64,000 bases of DNA. It comes from an uncultured Alphaproteobacteria bacterium. Its GTDB lineage: Bacteria; Pseudomonadota; Alphaproteobacteria; HIMB59; GCA-002718135. A model generated the notes under the pieces. That model did not search any database, was not told where the DNA came from, and saw only the letters and a list, made by a program, of their open reading frames with translations. Positions 38,851 to 50,383 of the stretch are shown one piece after another. Positions within the stretch are counted from its first letter, which is position 1. Each line of letters begins with the position of its first letter. The translations under genes were made by a program, and so were the position numbers. The stretch covers positions 142,945 to 206,944 of the forward strand of contig CACJAV010000001.1 in the NCBI GenBank assembly GCA_902591485.1. Reading direction: 5' to 3'.

Positions 38851-39672
38851 ATAATAAATATAAGGTAGTGCAGTAGCATACATTATTAAACTATACGTTG
38901 CAGCGGGAATTAAATATGCGCCACCATCAAAAAAAACATTTGCTACAACAATTGCCAGTGTACCATTTTGTAACCCACATTCAAAAGTAATAGCTCTTTG
39001 TTGTGAAATATTAGAAATAAGTGACTTGCTAAGATAATAAGCAATTAACATCATCAATATATTTAATATCAATGTAATTAAACCAGCTTGAGCAAAGTAT
39101 GAAACAACATTTTCTCTTTCAGCAAGAACTGCTCCTAAAAGAACTAAAAAAAATAAAACAGTAGATATTTTTTTAGCAATATTTTCAAAAGAACTAAGAA
39201 TATTTTTTAATAACATACCGATTAGAACAGGAACGGTTACTATTAAAAACATTTTTAAAGCAATATCCATAAGAGATATCCCTTCACTTGCAAGATTTGT
39301 GCCAAGTAATGATAGTGAAATACCTAAAATTAATGGAATTGTAATAACACTTAATATGCTTATAACTGCAGTTAGAGATATAGAAAGAGCTACATCACCT
39401 CTAGCAAAGGAAGTTAAAATATTTGAAGTTGCTCCGCCAGGTGCTGCAGCAAGAATCATAACGCCAATAGCTATTTCAGGAGATAGTGGCCAAATGAAAA
39501 CAAGTATTAATGCAATTAGAGGTAAAATTATTAATTGTGAAATAAAACCAACAAAAAATTCTTTTGGTTTTACAAATATTCTTGAAAAATCAGAAATGGA
39601 TAAACCTAATCCTAGAGAAAACATAATAAATGCTAGAGCAATAGGCAAAACTACATCAGTAACAATATTCAT
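38836..39672 (-). CDS. Bile acid:sodium symporter (BASS) family transporter
   Basis: IMFSLGL, APGGATSN, GDVALS, ECGLQNG. Confidence 0.9.
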   Translation of the reverse strand: MNIVTDVVLPIALAFIMFSLGLGLSISDFSRIFVKPKEFFVGFISQLIILPLIALILVFIWPLSPEIAIGVMILAAAPGGATSNILTSFARGDVALSISLTAVISILSVITIPLILGISLSLLGTNLASEGISLMDIALKMFLIVTVPVLIGMLLKNILSSFENIAKKISTVLFFLVLLGAVLAERENVVSYFAQAGLITLILNILMMLIAYYLSKSLISNISQQRAITFECGLQNGTLAIVVANVFFDGGAYLIPAATYSLIMYATALPYIYYLRRN

Positions 39673-39750
39673 AATTTAAAATATCATTTGATTCTTATAA
39701 TAAACATAAAATTTTAGAACAATTATTAAATTAAATGTTATAAAATCTAA

Positions 39751-40479
39751 ATGTTTCTTAATTTAGATAAAATTAATAAGAATAAAATAGCAGCTTGGGC
39801 TGTACATGGTTTCACAGGATCAGGTGCTGTGTTAGGGTTTTTAGCCATAATTGCAATATTAAATAGTGATGCTGTAGGAGCATTTTTGTGGTTAGGATTG
39901 GCATTATTAATTGATGGCTTAGATGGAACTTTAGCAAGGAAGGTCAATGTTTCAGAACAGACACCAAATATAGATGGAACAATATTAGACAGTGTTATTG
40001 ATTATTTAAATTATGTCATCATTCCAAGTTTGATGATCTACTGGTTTGGAATGGTTCCCGACATACTAGAAATTATTTTACCTGCAGCAATTTTTTTAGT
40101 TTCATTGTTTACTTTTGCAAACCTTCAAATGAAAACTGACGATTATTATTTTAGAGGTTTCCCTGCAGTATGGAACATAGTTGTTTTGTATTTTTTTATT
40201 CTTGGCACACATGAGTATGTAAATGTTGTAGTCATAATTATTTGTTTAATTTTGACATTTGTGCCTATAAAATTTGTGCATCCTCTAAGAGTAAAAGAGC
40301 TTAGAAACTTAACAATTTTTTTTACAATTATTTGGTCTGCTACAACCCTTAAGCTTGTTACAACACCCTCTTCTAAAATTTTTATGATTGATAGTACTAT
40401 TATTTTTACTCTTTGGGCTTTAACTTCTATTTATTTTGCAGTAATTTGCTGGGGTCGATCCATTAAAAATAATAAGTAA
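39751..40479 (+). CDS. pcs: Phosphatidylcholine synthase
   Basis: AWAVHGFTGSG, CDP-alcohol motif DGLDGTLAR...DG..LD..IDY, YFRGFPAVWN. Confidence 0.85.
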   Translation: MFLNLDKINKNKIAAWAVHGFTGSGAVLGFLAIIAILNSDAVGAFLWLGLALLIDGLDGTLARKVNVSEQTPNIDGTILDSVIDYLNYVIIPSLMIYWFGMVPDILEIILPAAIFLVSLFTFANLQMKTDDYYFRGFPAVWNIVVLYFFILGTHEYVNVVVIIICLILTFVPIKFVHPLRVKELRNLTIFFTIIWSATTLKLVTTPSSKIFMIDSTIIFTLWALTSIYFAVICWGRSIKNNK

Positions 40480-40481
40480 TA

Positions 40482-40871
40482 TTAACTAATTGTTTTTAGA
40501 AAAGAATATAGATCTTCATTTAACTTTATTATTTTACCTGAAGAATTAATTGGAATAACAATTACTTCAGCATCAACTAATAGTTCATTATTCCTTATTA
40601 TTTTTTGATTAAAATTTAACTTAACCCTACTTAATAGATTTAATGAAGTTTGCACTTCTATTATATCCTCAAAAAAAGCTGGTTTTAAATAATTTATGTT
40701 AAGACTCTTAACTACAAATATAATGTTAAATTTTTTGAACAATTCTTGATGGTTGTATTTTGATTGATAAATTAGATTTGATCTACCTCTCTCGAGATAT
40801 TTCAAATAATTTGCATGATAAACCCGTCCGGATGCATCTGTATCTTCATAATATACTCTAATTTTATTCAT
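40482..40871 (-). CDS. YbgC/FadM family acyl-CoA thioesterase
   Basis: RVYYEDTDASGRVYHANYLKYLERGR. Confidence 0.9.
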   Translation of the reverse strand: MNKIRVYYEDTDASGRVYHANYLKYLERGRSNLIYQSKYNHQELFKKFNIIFVVKSLNINYLKPAFFEDIIEVQTSLNLLSRVKLNFNQKIIRNNELLVDAEVIVIPINSSGKIIKLNEDLYSFLKTIS

Positions 40872-40969
40872 TAATGGACAATATCAATGTTCATAAAAAT
40901 TAATTTATAGGTTGCAGAATGCATACTAATTGAAAATTTATAAATAATCATTAATTAGCAAGTATAAAT

Positions 40970-41545
40970 ATGAATACTTACTTAGAATCAATAATTAAAA
41001 GGGATCCTGCTGCAAGAGATAAATTAAGTATTATTTTAACATATCCAGGAGTGAAAGCTGTTTTTTTTCATCATTTGGCTCATAATATATGGAATTATAA
41101 ATTTTATCTTATTGCAAGGATGTTATCCCAATTTAGTCGTTTTTTGACAGGAATTGAAATTCATCCAGCTGCTAAAATTGGTAAAAATTTATTTATTGAT
41201 CATGGTATGGGCGTAGTAATTGGAGAAAGCTCAGAAATAGGAAATGATGTTACACTCTACCACGGTGTTACTTTAGGGGGTATATCACCTTCAGAAAATT
41301 CTGATGACCAAAGAAACAGTAAAAGACACCCAACTTTATTGGATAATGTAATTGTTGGTTCTAGTGCACAAATATTAGGCCCTATTACTGTTGGTGAATG
41401 CGCAAGAATTGGTGCTAACACCGTTGTATTAAAAGATGTTCCTGCGAATGCAACAATGGTTGGTAACCCTGCAAAAAATATAAGTACAAATACAGATACT
41501 AGCTTTAAACCATATGGTGTACGAGACATAAATGATAACAAATAA
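40970..41545 (+). CDS. cysE: Serine O-acetyltransferase
   Basis: [35 protein letters not shown]. Confidence 0.95.
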   Translation: MNTYLESIIKRDPAARDKLSIILTYPGVKAVFFHHLAHNIWNYKFYLIARMLSQFSRFLTGIEIHPAAKIGKNLFIDHGMGVVIGESSEIGNDVTLYHGVTLGGISPSENSDDQRNSKRHPTLLDNVIVGSSAQILGPITVGECARIGANTVVLKDVPANATMVGNPAKNISTNTDTSFKPYGVRDINDNK

Positions 41546-42530
41546 TATTGTTGATTTAATTGGCAATACACCTCTTATAAAACTCAAATATCCATCTGAA
41601 ATAACAAACTGTGAAATTTATGGTAAAGCAGAATTTCTCAATCCTGGTGGATCGATTAAAGACAGGACTGCTCTTGGACTTATACTAGATGCTGAAAAAA
41701 ACAATCTAATTGAACCTAGTGGAATTTGTGTTGAAGGCACTTTTGGAAATACAGGTATAGGTTTAACTTTAGTAAATAATGCAAGAGGATATAAAACTGT
41801 TATAGTCATGCCAAACATAACTGCACCATCAAAAAGAGATATACTACAAAACATGGGTGCAGAACTTCATCTCGTAGACCCAAAACCTTTTTCAGATCCA
41901 GGAAATTACCAGAGAGTATCTAAGAGGTTAGCGAAGGAAATAGAAAAGGATAGAGGTATAAAAACATTTTGGGCAGGACAATTTGAAAATACAGCAAATT
42001 ATATGTTTCATGAAAAAACTACAGCTGCTGAGATCTACAAGCAAACTAGTGGAAAAATAAATGGGTTTACCTGTGCCATCGGTACAGGTGGAACTTTGAC
42101 TGGTGTTGGTATAGGTTTAAAATCTAAAGATAAAAATATAAAAATTGCTTGTACTGACTCACAAGGATCTTCGATGTATAACTATTTCACCCAAGGTAAA
42201 TTAGAAAAAAAAGGTGATCCTTCTTTTACAGAAGGCATAGGACAAGCAAGAGTTACAAAAAATTTAGAAAGTTGTTCTGTAGATATGTCATATTTTGTAG
42301 ATGATAACGAATGCTTGGAGATCCTCTATAAATTAATCAAAACTGAAGGTTTGTTTCTCGGGACAAGTTCAGGTGTAAATGTTATGGGTGCTATTAAAAT
42401 GGCAAAGGAACTTGGTCCAGGTAATACTATTGTTACTATTCTTTGTGATGACGCTAACAAATATTATGACAAAATGTTTAACAAGAAATTTTTAAATGAT
42501 AATAATTTACCTTTGCCTGACTGGTTATAA
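41532..42530 (+). CDS. Cysteine synthase / cystathionine beta-synthase family PLP enzyme
   Basis: [32 protein letters not shown]. Confidence 0.9.
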   Translation: MITNNIVDLIGNTPLIKLKYPSEITNCEIYGKAEFLNPGGSIKDRTALGLILDAEKNNLIEPSGICVEGTFGNTGIGLTLVNNARGYKTVIVMPNITAPSKRDILQNMGAELHLVDPKPFSDPGNYQRVSKRLAKEIEKDRGIKTFWAGQFENTANYMFHEKTTAAEIYKQTSGKINGFTCAIGTGGTLTGVGIGLKSKDKNIKIACTDSQGSSMYNYFTQGKLEKKGDPSFTEGIGQARVTKNLESCSVDMSYFVDDNECLEILYKLIKTEGLFLGTSSGVNVMGAIKMAKELGPGNTIVTILCDDANKYYDKMFNKKFLNDNNLPLPDWL

Positions 42531-42532
42531 AT

Positions 42533-43693
42533 ATGAACAAAAAAAATAAATTATTCAATACAAAAGTAATTCATAGTGGACACAAAGAAGATAAAGATAC
42601 AGGAGCTGTCATGCCTCCAATACATTTATCATCGACGTTTAAACAAAAAAGTCCTGGTGATTTTAAGTATGAATATGCCAGAACTAATAATCCTACCAGA
42701 GAAATATTAGAAAAATTATTAGCCGAAATAGAAGAAGGAAAATATGCATTTGCTTTTTCATCAGGAATGGCAGCAATAAATTGCTTAACAGATGCAATGG
42801 AAAAAGAATTTCATATAATCTGTTCTGATGATGTTTATGGTGGCACTAGAAGAATTTTTGATAAGGTGAAAAATGTAAATCAGAATATTGAAATCACTTA
42901 CACCGATTTTAATAAAGAAGATAATTGGCCAGGTCTCATAAAAAAAAATACGAAAATGATTTGGCTGGAAACACCATCTAATCCTTTACTTAAAATTGTT
43001 GATATCAGTAAAATTAAATCTGAAATTTCAAATGAAAATATCAAAATAGTATGTGATAATACCTTTGCATCACCATATAATCAGCAACCATTAAAATTAG
43101 GTGCTGATGTTGTAGTGCATTCTTCTACTAAATATCTTGGAGGTCACTCAGATTTAATAAGTGGAGCGGTAATTGTTAAAGACGATACTCAATTATCAGA
43201 AAAAATTAAATATCTTCAGAATGCAATAGGATCAGTTCCTTCGCCCTTCGATTGCTATATGTTAATACGAAGCATCAAAACACTTGCTGTCAGAATGGAG
43301 CGACATAATTCGAATGCGATGACTATAAGTGAGTTTTTAAATAATCATAAAAAAATAAGAAAAGTAAGATATCCTGGTTTAAAATCAGATGATAATCACA
43401 ACATTGCTAGTAAGCAAATGAAAGGGTATGGAGGGATAATATCAGTAGAATTAGACACTAACTTAAAAGGAACACTTAAGTTCTTAGAAAACATAGATGT
43501 TTTTACATTAGCAGAAAGTTTAGGTGGTGTTGAAAGCTTGATAGAGCATCCAGCTATTATGACTCATGCTTCAATTGAAAAAAATATTAGAGAAGACTTA
43601 GGGATTAGCGACTCTCTTGTCAGGTTATCAATAGGTATTGAAGATCCAGAAGATTTAAAAGTTGCCCTAGATAAGGCATTAGGTTTAATCTAA
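42533..43693 (+). CDS. Cystathionine gamma-lyase/synthase
   Basis: YEYARTNNPTR, SSGMAA, ETPSNP, DNTF, HSSTKYLGGHSD, LAESLGGVESL. Confidence 0.9.
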   Translation: MNKKNKLFNTKVIHSGHKEDKDTGAVMPPIHLSSTFKQKSPGDFKYEYARTNNPTREILEKLLAEIEEGKYAFAFSSGMAAINCLTDAMEKEFHIICSDDVYGGTRRIFDKVKNVNQNIEITYTDFNKEDNWPGLIKKNTKMIWLETPSNPLLKIVDISKIKSEISNENIKIVCDNTFASPYNQQPLKLGADVVVHSSTKYLGGHSDLISGAVIVKDDTQLSEKIKYLQNAIGSVPSPFDCYMLIRSIKTLAVRMERHNSNAMTISEFLNNHKKIRKVRYPGLKSDDNHNIASKQMKGYGGIISVELDTNLKGTLKFLENIDVFTLAESLGGVESLIEHPAIMTHASIEKNIREDLGISDSLVRLSIGIEDPEDLKVALDKALGLI

Positions 43694-44071
43694 ACCAATA
43701 GTTCTTTTTAAATTTGGTGCAAAGTAATTAGGACCTTTCATTACTTTGCCATGTTCATTATAAATTGGCTTTCCATCTTCGCCTAATTTACTCATATTGG
43801 ATCTTTGAACCTCATCAAAACAAGTATCTAAATCAATACCAAATGAATGACCAGCACCATAAGTAACATATAGAATGTCAGTTAAGGCATCTGCTACCTC
43901 AACAATATCTTTGTTATTTATTGCTTCTTTAAGCTCGTTTAATTCTTCTTGAATTAAGTCAATTCTTAACTGGACTATTTTAGAAGCAGGAAACTCTGGG
44001 TTATCTTTAACCTCCTGCCCATAGGTATTCATAAAAGTTTTAACTTTAGTAAAATTAGACATATCACTCAT
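43685..44071 (-). CDS. MazG-like nucleoside triphosphate pyrophosphohydrolase
   Basis: LIQEELNEL...EVADALTDILYV, SNMSK, GKVMKGPNY. Confidence 0.85.
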   Translation of the reverse strand: MSDMSNFTKVKTFMNTYGQEVKDNPEFPASKIVQLRIDLIQEELNELKEAINNKDIVEVADALTDILYVTYGAGHSFGIDLDTCFDEVQRSNMSKLGEDGKPIYNEHGKVMKGPNYFAPNLKRTIGLD

Positions 44072-44082
44072 TTCGTTAATAT

Positions 44083-45111
44083 TTATTTATAAAAAATATC
44101 GTTAAATGTAACAAAAATAAATAAAAAAGATATAATTGTTAAACCTGTAGTAATATAAATTCTTGTGATTAACTCTGGAACAGAGTTGGAAAAGATTTTG
44201 CTTATAACAAAATAAACAATATGACCTCCATCTAAAAGAGGGATTGGTAACAGGTTAAAGACTCCTACGAATAGGGATATGACAATAAAAAGAAAAATTA
44301 CTCCTCTAATATTATCTAACATCATTTGATCAGCCATTTTAACAATTCCAACCGGACCAGCTAATTGCTCACCCAATGTATTGTCTTTATAAGATTGCTT
44401 TAAGAAATTAATTGAAGCTGAATAATAAGTTGGAATAAACTGGGACGAATTCTGAAGAGATTTGGATATATTAAATTTATAAATTATAGGATCGTTATTG
44501 CTTGAAATTCCCATTACATATCTGTTTAGTTCATCATTAAATTGTAATTTAAATTTTTTTTCAATCAGTTGAGAATTTCTCTGAACAATAAGGGAGATTT
44601 CTTCACTGTTTCCTAAAGCAACTGGTATGTCACTAAATTCAAAAATTTCATTATCATTGACAGAAATAATAATATCATTGACTCTTACATCATGCAATTT
44701 AGCAGGAGAATTATCTAAAACATTTCCAACAATAGGAGCAAATGTAGCAATACCAAAAAAAAAGAAAATACAAAACAAAGCTATCCAAGCTGAAAAAATA
44801 TTAAAAATACTACCAGCAAGAAGAATTAATATCTTTTGATATAATTTTAAAGATTGAAAAGAACCTGGTTCTTGATTTGAATTTTTTTGAAATACAGAGT
44901 CTAATCCTTTAATTTTAACATATCCTCCAAGAGGTATAGGAGAAATTTTCCATACTGTTTTATTTTTGTCAGTAAATTTAAATATTGGCTTACCAAAACC
45001 TATGGAAAAATCTGTTACTTCTGCTTTAAAAATTCTTGCAAAAAGATAGTGTCCAAACTCATGAATAAACACGATACAAATGAAAACTAAAAGCAGATTT
45101 AAATATATCAT
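44083..45111 (-). CDS. rseP: M50 intramembrane zinc metalloprotease (RseP-like)
   Basis: HEFGH, FSIGFG, PLGGYV, PDZ-like region, FNLLPIPLLDGGH. Confidence 0.87.
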   Translation of the reverse strand: MIYLNLLLVFICIVFIHEFGHYLFARIFKAEVTDFSIGFGKPIFKFTDKNKTVWKISPIPLGGYVKIKGLDSVFQKNSNQEPGSFQSLKLYQKILILLAGSIFNIFSAWIALFCIFFFFGIATFAPIVGNVLDNSPAKLHDVRVNDIIISVNDNEIFEFSDIPVALGNSEEISLIVQRNSQLIEKKFKLQFNDELNRYVMGISSNNDPIIYKFNISKSLQNSSQFIPTYYSASINFLKQSYKDNTLGEQLAGPVGIVKMADQMMLDNIRGVIFLFIVISLFVGVFNLLPIPLLDGGHIVYFVISKIFSNSVPELITRIYITTGLTIISFLFIFVTFNDIFYK

Positions 45112-45115
45112 TTAG

Positions 45116-47968
45116 TTAGGCATTTGATACGTCTTCATAATCTTCAATAGGCGGACATACACAAAAAAGATTTCTGTCACCATAAACATTATCAATTCTT
45201 GCAACTGGTGGCCAATATTTATTGTTATAAAGATATGAGTGAGGAAATACTGCTTCTGATCTTGAATATTTATGCTCCCACGCATCAGATGATACTTCTT
45301 CTATTGTATGAGGTGAGTTTTTAATTGGATTGTCTTCAGAGTCATAGGTTCCATTACGAACTTTCTCAATTTCCTTGTGAATAGATATCATTGCAGTACA
45401 AAATCTATCTATTTCTTCTTTCGACTCACTTTCTGTTGGCTCAATCATTAAAGTACCAGGTACAGGAAAAGACATCGTTGGTGCATGGAAGCCATAATCA
45501 ATCAGTCTTTTGGCAATATCTTCTTCTGATATATTCAACTCTTCTTTGATAGGCCTAATATCTATTATACATTCATGAGCAACCATTCCGTTTTTGCCAG
45601 AATACAAAAGTGGAAAATATTCTTTTAATTTTTCCTTAATATAATTAGCATTTAGGATTGCTACCTGTGTTGCAAGTTTTAATCCTTCATCACCCATCAT
45701 TGAAATATATGAATATGAAATTGGCAAAATTGATGGACTACCCCAAGGAGCTGCAGAAACTGCATCTAAACTAGTTAGTCCTAGTTCATTTTGTACAATA
45801 GGATGTCCAGGTAAAAAATTTTCTAAATGTGATTTAACACCAATTGGTCCCATACCGGGACCTCCACCACCATGGGGAATACAAAATGTTTTATGCAGAT
45901 TCATATGCGAAACATCAGGTCCAAATTTTCCCGGTTTGGCAATTCCTACCATGGCGTTTAAGTTAGCACCATCCATATAAACCTGGCCTCCTGCATTATG
46001 AATTTTTTCACAGATAATTGAGATTGATTCCTCAAAAACTCCATGCGTAGATGGATAGGTAATCATTAAAGCTGATAATTTATTGCCAGCTTCTTTAATT
46101 TTGTCATCTAAATGATTTAAATCAACATTACCTAAATTATCACATTTTACTATTGAAACTTCCATACCACACATTTGTGCGCTGGCTGGATTTGTCCCAT
46201 GAGCACTATTAGGTATCAAACATATGTTTCTATCACCTTGTTTATTAGCTTCATGATATTTTTTAATAGCAAGTAAACCCGAAAACTCTCCCTGTGCTCC
46301 AGCATTAGGCTGTAATGATATAGCATCAAAGCCAGTTATATCCTTTAACATCGAAATTAACTCTCTCAACATTTGATTATAACCTTCTCTTTGATGTTTT
46401 TCTAAAAAAGGATGAGCATTTGCAAATCCTGGAAGAGTTATAGGTAGCATTTCTGAAGCAGCATTTAACTTCATAGTGCATGACCCAAGAGGAATCATAG
46501 ATCTGTTAAGTGCAATATCTTTATTTTCTAATTTTTTTAAATATCTCATCATTTCTGTTTCTGAATGATAAATATTAAATATAGGGTGTGTTAAGATCTT
46601 ATCATCTCTTAGCAAATCATTTTCTTTAAAAATTTCATCAAGATTTTCTTCAATATTCTTAGTGTCTAACGTTTTGTTTTCAGTATTGAAAAAAGTTATA
46701 AGATTATCAATGTCTTCCAGAGTTGTTGTTTCATCAATTGTCAAAGAGAGGGTTTTGTCATCAATCAATCTAAAATTAATACCCTCCTCAACTGATTTGT
46801 TAAACCAGTCTTTAGCTTTATTATCGTGAATAACTAAAGTGTCAAAATAGCGACGAGAAAGAATTTTAAAACCTAGTTTTTCCAATGATTTTTTAAGATA
46901 TCGAGCATTGTAATTAATAGTTTTAGCAATATTTATTAATCTCTCAGGACCATGATAAATAGCATAAGCTGCAGCAATAATTGCCAATAAAGCTTGTGCA
47001 GTACAAATATTGCTGGTTGCTTTTTCTCTTCGAATATGTTGCTCCCGAGTTTGAAGAGCCATTCTGTAAGATCTTTTATTATTTCTATCAACGGAAACAC
47101 CAATTAATCGACCTGGCATTAATCTTTTAAATTCATCTTTTGTTGCAAAAAATGCTGCATGAGGTCCGCCAAATCCCATAGGGACACCAAATCGTTGTGA
47201 ACTGCCTATAACTATATCAGCATCATAAAAACCTGGTGATTTCATTATAATCATGCTCATGATGTCAGCAGCAACTATACTAATAATATTCTTAGATTTA
47301 TTATCGGAAATCAATTTATCTAGGTTTTCTATCTCACCGTAAGTATCTGGATTTTGTATTAAGCAACCAAAAGTATCTTCATCAGGTTGACCGATGATAA
47401 TTTTTATACCAAGAGGATTAGCTCTCGTTTTTAGAACAGATAGAGTTTGAGGATGGCAGCTATTTTGAATACAAAAAGTATGTTGCTTACTTTTTTTAAT
47501 TTTATAGGCCATCATCATAGCTTCAGCTGCAGCAGTACTTTCATCTAATAAAGATGCATTTGCAATGTCCATACCAGTTAAATCAATAATCATTTGCTGA
47601 AAATTCATCAGCATTTCCAAGCGACCTTGGGACACTTCAGGCTGATATGGCGTGTATGCAGTATACCATCCAGGATTTTCCAAAATATTTCTTAAAATTA
47701 CACTAGGGGTAATAGTATTATGGTAACCAAGACCAATATATGTTTTTTTAAATTTATTTTTTAAAGATAATAATTGCATATTTACTTTATTGAAATCTTC
47801 AGACATTCCAGGTTTTAATTTTAACTTATCCGTAAATAGAATATGTTCAGGAACAGTTTTTTTAATTAATTCATCTAGACTTTTACAGTTAACAATTTTT
47901 AGCATTGCTGCAATATCTTCATTTCGTGGTCCAATATGTCTGCTTGCAAATGAATTTATATTGATCAT
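45116..47968 (-). CDS. gcvP: Glycine dehydrogenase (glycine cleavage P protein)
   Basis: [47 protein letters not shown]. Confidence 0.97.
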   Translation of the reverse strand: MININSFASRHIGPRNEDIAAMLKIVNCKSLDELIKKTVPEHILFTDKLKLKPGMSEDFNKVNMQLLSLKNKFKKTYIGLGYHNTITPSVILRNILENPGWYTAYTPYQPEVSQGRLEMLMNFQQMIIDLTGMDIANASLLDESTAAAEAMMMAYKIKKSKQHTFCIQNSCHPQTLSVLKTRANPLGIKIIIGQPDEDTFGCLIQNPDTYGEIENLDKLISDNKSKNIISIVAADIMSMIIMKSPGFYDADIVIGSSQRFGVPMGFGGPHAAFFATKDEFKRLMPGRLIGVSVDRNNKRSYRMALQTREQHIRREKATSNICTAQALLAIIAAAYAIYHGPERLINIAKTINYNARYLKKSLEKLGFKILSRRYFDTLVIHDNKAKDWFNKSVEEGINFRLIDDKTLSLTIDETTTLEDIDNLITFFNTENKTLDTKNIEENLDEIFKENDLLRDDKILTHPIFNIYHSETEMMRYLKKLENKDIALNRSMIPLGSCTMKLNAASEMLPITLPGFANAHPFLEKHQREGYNQMLRELISMLKDITGFDAISLQPNAGAQGEFSGLLAIKKYHEANKQGDRNICLIPNSAHGTNPASAQMCGMEVSIVKCDNLGNVDLNHLDDKIKEAGNKLSALMITYPSTHGVFEESISIICEKIHNAGGQVYMDGANLNAMVGIAKPGKFGPDVSHMNLHKTFCIPHGGGGPGMGPIGVKSHLENFLPGHPIVQNELGLTSLDAVSAAPWGSPSILPISYSYISMMGDEGLKLATQVAILNANYIKEKLKEYFPLLYSGKNGMVAHECIIDIRPIKEELNISEEDIAKRLIDYGFHAPTMSFPVPGTLMIEPTESESKEEIDRFCTAMISIHKEIEKVRNGTYDSEDNPIKNSPHTIEEVSSDAWEHKYSRSEAVFPHSYLYNNKYWPPVARIDNVYGDRNLFCVCPPIEDYEDVSNA

Positions 47969-47969
47969 A

Positions 47970-48341
47970 TTATTTATCCAAAAATTCTTTGTACTGATCC
48001 AATGTCATCAAATTATTTACTTGGGAGATATCTGAAACTTTTAGTTTGAATATCCACCCTTCGTTTTCAGCGTCTTGATTGACAATCGATGCATCATTTG
48101 AGAGATTTTCATTTACTTCTAATACTTCACCATCAAGTGGTGAATAAATATCTGATGCAGCTTTAACAGACTCAATAACACAAAGTTCTTCTTTTGCTTT
48201 TACTTCTTTACCAATTGATGGCAAATCAACGAAAACAATATCACCCAAACTCTCTTGAGCATGATCAGTGATACCTACTATTGCTGTATCACCCTCTAAT
48301 TTAACCCATTCATGCTCTTCGGTATATTTTTTTTCAGACAT
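47970..48341 (-). CDS. gcvH: Glycine cleavage H protein
   Basis: YTEEHEWV, lipoyl ESVKAASD; start at MSEKK with AGGAG SD (ORF track starts upstream). Confidence 0.95.
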   Translation of the reverse strand: MSEKKYTEEHEWVKLEGDTAIVGITDHAQESLGDIVFVDLPSIGKEVKAKEELCVIESVKAASDIYSPLDGEVLEVNENLSNDASIVNQDAENEGWIFKLKVSDISQVNNLMTLDQYKEFLDK

Positions 48342-48342
48342 A

Positions 48343-49455
48343 TTAATCTCCTTTTTTATAATTTTTTTTAACAAATGGAATTTTCTCAATTTGAATTTCT
48401 TCTAATTTATCACGAATATTCACATATAATTTTTCTGACATATCCGACGTTTTATTTATATAACCTATGGCAATTGATTTTTTTAAAATTGGAGAATAAC
48501 AGCCACTAGTAATTTTGCCAATTTCTTTATTATTTTTATTATGTAAAGTCATCTGAGCACGCAACATACTCTTGTTTATAGGACTTAATCCAATTTTTTT
48601 AATTGATTGAGATGTGTCAATTTCTTTGGATAATATATGAGAACAGTTTAAATTTTTATCATTCAATCTTTTTTTATCTAAAGCCCAAGATAAACCTGCT
48701 TGTATTGGATTGATTTCTTCACTTAATTCATTGCCATATAAACTTAGCCCCGCCTCCATTCTAAGTGAGTCTCTACATCCTAAACCACATAAAATTGTAT
48801 TTTCATTTTTAATAATTTTTTGAACAAAATTTTCAGCTATATTATTTAATATAGATATTTCAAAACCATCTTCACCTGTATAACCAGATCTAGAGATAAA
48901 AACTTTAGTATTTTTATATTCTAATATTTCAACATCTAAAAATTTCATTGAAGAGGATAAGTTTAGTATTGAGGTAATCACTGAAAATGAATCTGGACCT
49001 TGTAAGGCAACCAAACATCTATCTTGAATGATTTTATAATTAAAAAGTATCTTTTCAAATATTTCATTAAGAACTTTTTTTCTTGAAGCATTATAAACAA
49101 TATAAATATATTCCTCATCTTCAATTTTAATCTTTGATACCATAATATCATCAATAACTCCTCCATGTGAGTTCAAAATAAATGAATAGTGACACTTATT
49201 GAATTGTAATAACTTAATATCTAGTGGAATATAAAACTCTAAAGCAAGAATATTTTCGCTAGTAAGAGAAATTAAGATTTGCCCCATGTGTGAAACATCA
49301 AAGAGACCTGCATGAGTTCTGACATGAATATGTTCATTAATAATTCCATATTTGTAGTTTATTGGCATATTATAGCCTGCAAAAGGAACAAACTTAGCGT
49401 TATTATTTTTATGAAAATTATTTAAATAAATATTTTGTAGAGCTTCTTCAGTCAA
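48343..49455 (-). CDS. gcvT: Glycine cleavage T protein (aminomethyltransferase)
   Basis: FDVSHMG, RSGYTGEDGFE, GCRDSLRMEAG; TTG start with AGGAG SD. Confidence 0.95.
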   Translation of the reverse strand: MTEEALQNIYLNNFHKNNNAKFVPFAGYNMPINYKYGIINEHIHVRTHAGLFDVSHMGQILISLTSENILALEFYIPLDIKLLQFNKCHYSFILNSHGGVIDDIMVSKIKIEDEEYIYIVYNASRKKVLNEIFEKILFNYKIIQDRCLVALQGPDSFSVITSILNLSSSMKFLDVEILEYKNTKVFISRSGYTGEDGFEISILNNIAENFVQKIIKNENTILCGLGCRDSLRMEAGLSLYGNELSEEINPIQAGLSWALDKKRLNDKNLNCSHILSKEIDTSQSIKKIGLSPINKSMLRAQMTLHNKNNKEIGKITSGCYSPILKKSIAIGYINKTSDMSEKLYVNIRDKLEEIQIEKIPFVKKNYKKGD

Positions 49456-49475
49456 AAATTCTCCTGTCTAAGCCC

Positions 49476-49616
49476 TCTGTATTTTTACCTGAGAGTTTTT
49501 ACTCCTTCGGTAGAGAATAATCTCTTTTCCAGATTTTTATTTTAACGGTCCTTTTTGCCTGAGAGTTTCCGGGTCGTTGCTCCTTCGGCTCTGTATATTA
49601 ACAGCATCTCCCGTTA
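49476..49616 (-). ncRNA. Tandem glycine riboswitch
   Basis: Two aptamers, each with GGA(G/A)A...CCGAAGGAG...AACTCTCAGG(C/T)AAAAA, directly upstream of gcvT. Confidence 0.95.
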
Positions 49617-49650
49617 TAAGTTATTTATACTTATTTCTTATAATATTCAA

Positions 49651-50232
49651 TTAATTTAGAGGGATGCTATTCGAAATTTTAGAAGATTGATAGAGCTCTG
49701 ATAAATTTTCGTAAAGATCTCTAATTTTTCTTACTTTTTCTGTAAGCTTTTGTTTATCTGGATCCTGTAATTCATTAATAGATTCCAGAATTGAGTGACT
49801 TTTCCAGTAATAATTATCCTTAATATACTCTCCATTATTAATATTAAAAACTTCTTTTAAAATTTTTAAATCATGGGGAATATTAAAACTCGACTCAGTA
49901 TCTGAATAAGGAAAAAAATAATAAAAATTATCAAATCCACACCATGTAATTGCTGATAAACACATTGAGCAAGGCTCATGCGAGCTTATGAATAAATAAT
50001 CTTTTGGATTTAAATTTTTGGATTTAAAAAAATTAATAATTGTTGAAATTTCTCCATGAAACAAAGGATTTTCTGTTTCATTATTTGTGCCAGATATAGT
50101 AAAACTTAAATCATCTTTTTTTATTATAAAAGCTCCAAAAATTTTATTACCTTTAGAAACAGATTTTTTAGTATCAGGGATAAGTTCTTTTAAAAACAAA
50201 TCAAGGATGACCTCATATTTTAAAATAGACAC
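49651..50232 (-). CDS. Zinc-dependent nucleoside/nucleobase deaminase
   Basis: GNKIFGA, HGEI, HEPCSMC; GTG start. Confidence 0.87.
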   Translation of the reverse strand: MSILKYEVILDLFLKELIPDTKKSVSKGNKIFGAFIIKKDDLSFTISGTNNETENPLFHGEISTIINFFKSKNLNPKDYLFISSHEPCSMCLSAITWCGFDNFYYFFPYSDTESSFNIPHDLKILKEVFNINNGEYIKDNYYWKSHSILESINELQDPDKQKLTEKVRKIRDLYENLSELYQSSKISNSIPLN

Positions 50233-50266
50233 AAAGACGCTTTATATTAAAAAATTTGATTTGGAC

Positions 50267-50299
50267 AAAAAAAAAGACCCAGCAAGCTAGGTCTTTTTT
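50267..50299 (-). terminator. Rho-independent terminator
   Basis: Minus strand GACCTAGC-TT-GCTGGGTC followed by T9. Confidence 0.85.
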
Positions 50300-50383
50300 A
50301 TGTATCGTGCATTTCCTCCCGATACAAACTAAATAAAGTTTCCCTTATTTAATTTGCTTACTACCTTTGCGTGTAATAAGTAA
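50267..50383 (-). ncRNA. Candidate structured small RNA or leader (three hairpins plus terminator), family unknown
   Basis: Adjacent hairpins at 50354-50383, 50330-50351 (GAAA tetraloop), 50301-50326 (GGAGG loop) and the terminator; G-U pairs mostly favour the minus strand. Confidence 0.5.

Noticed and set aside
49476-49616. Repeated CCTGAGAGTTT and CTCCTTCGG segments as a repeat or CRISPR-like element
   Set aside because: Explained by the two aptamers of the tandem glycine riboswitch; only two copies and no cas genes.
50362-50374. ACGCAAAG plus a GAAA tetraloop suggesting a c-di-GMP-I riboswitch
   Set aside because: The elements are in the wrong order and the other conserved features are missing.
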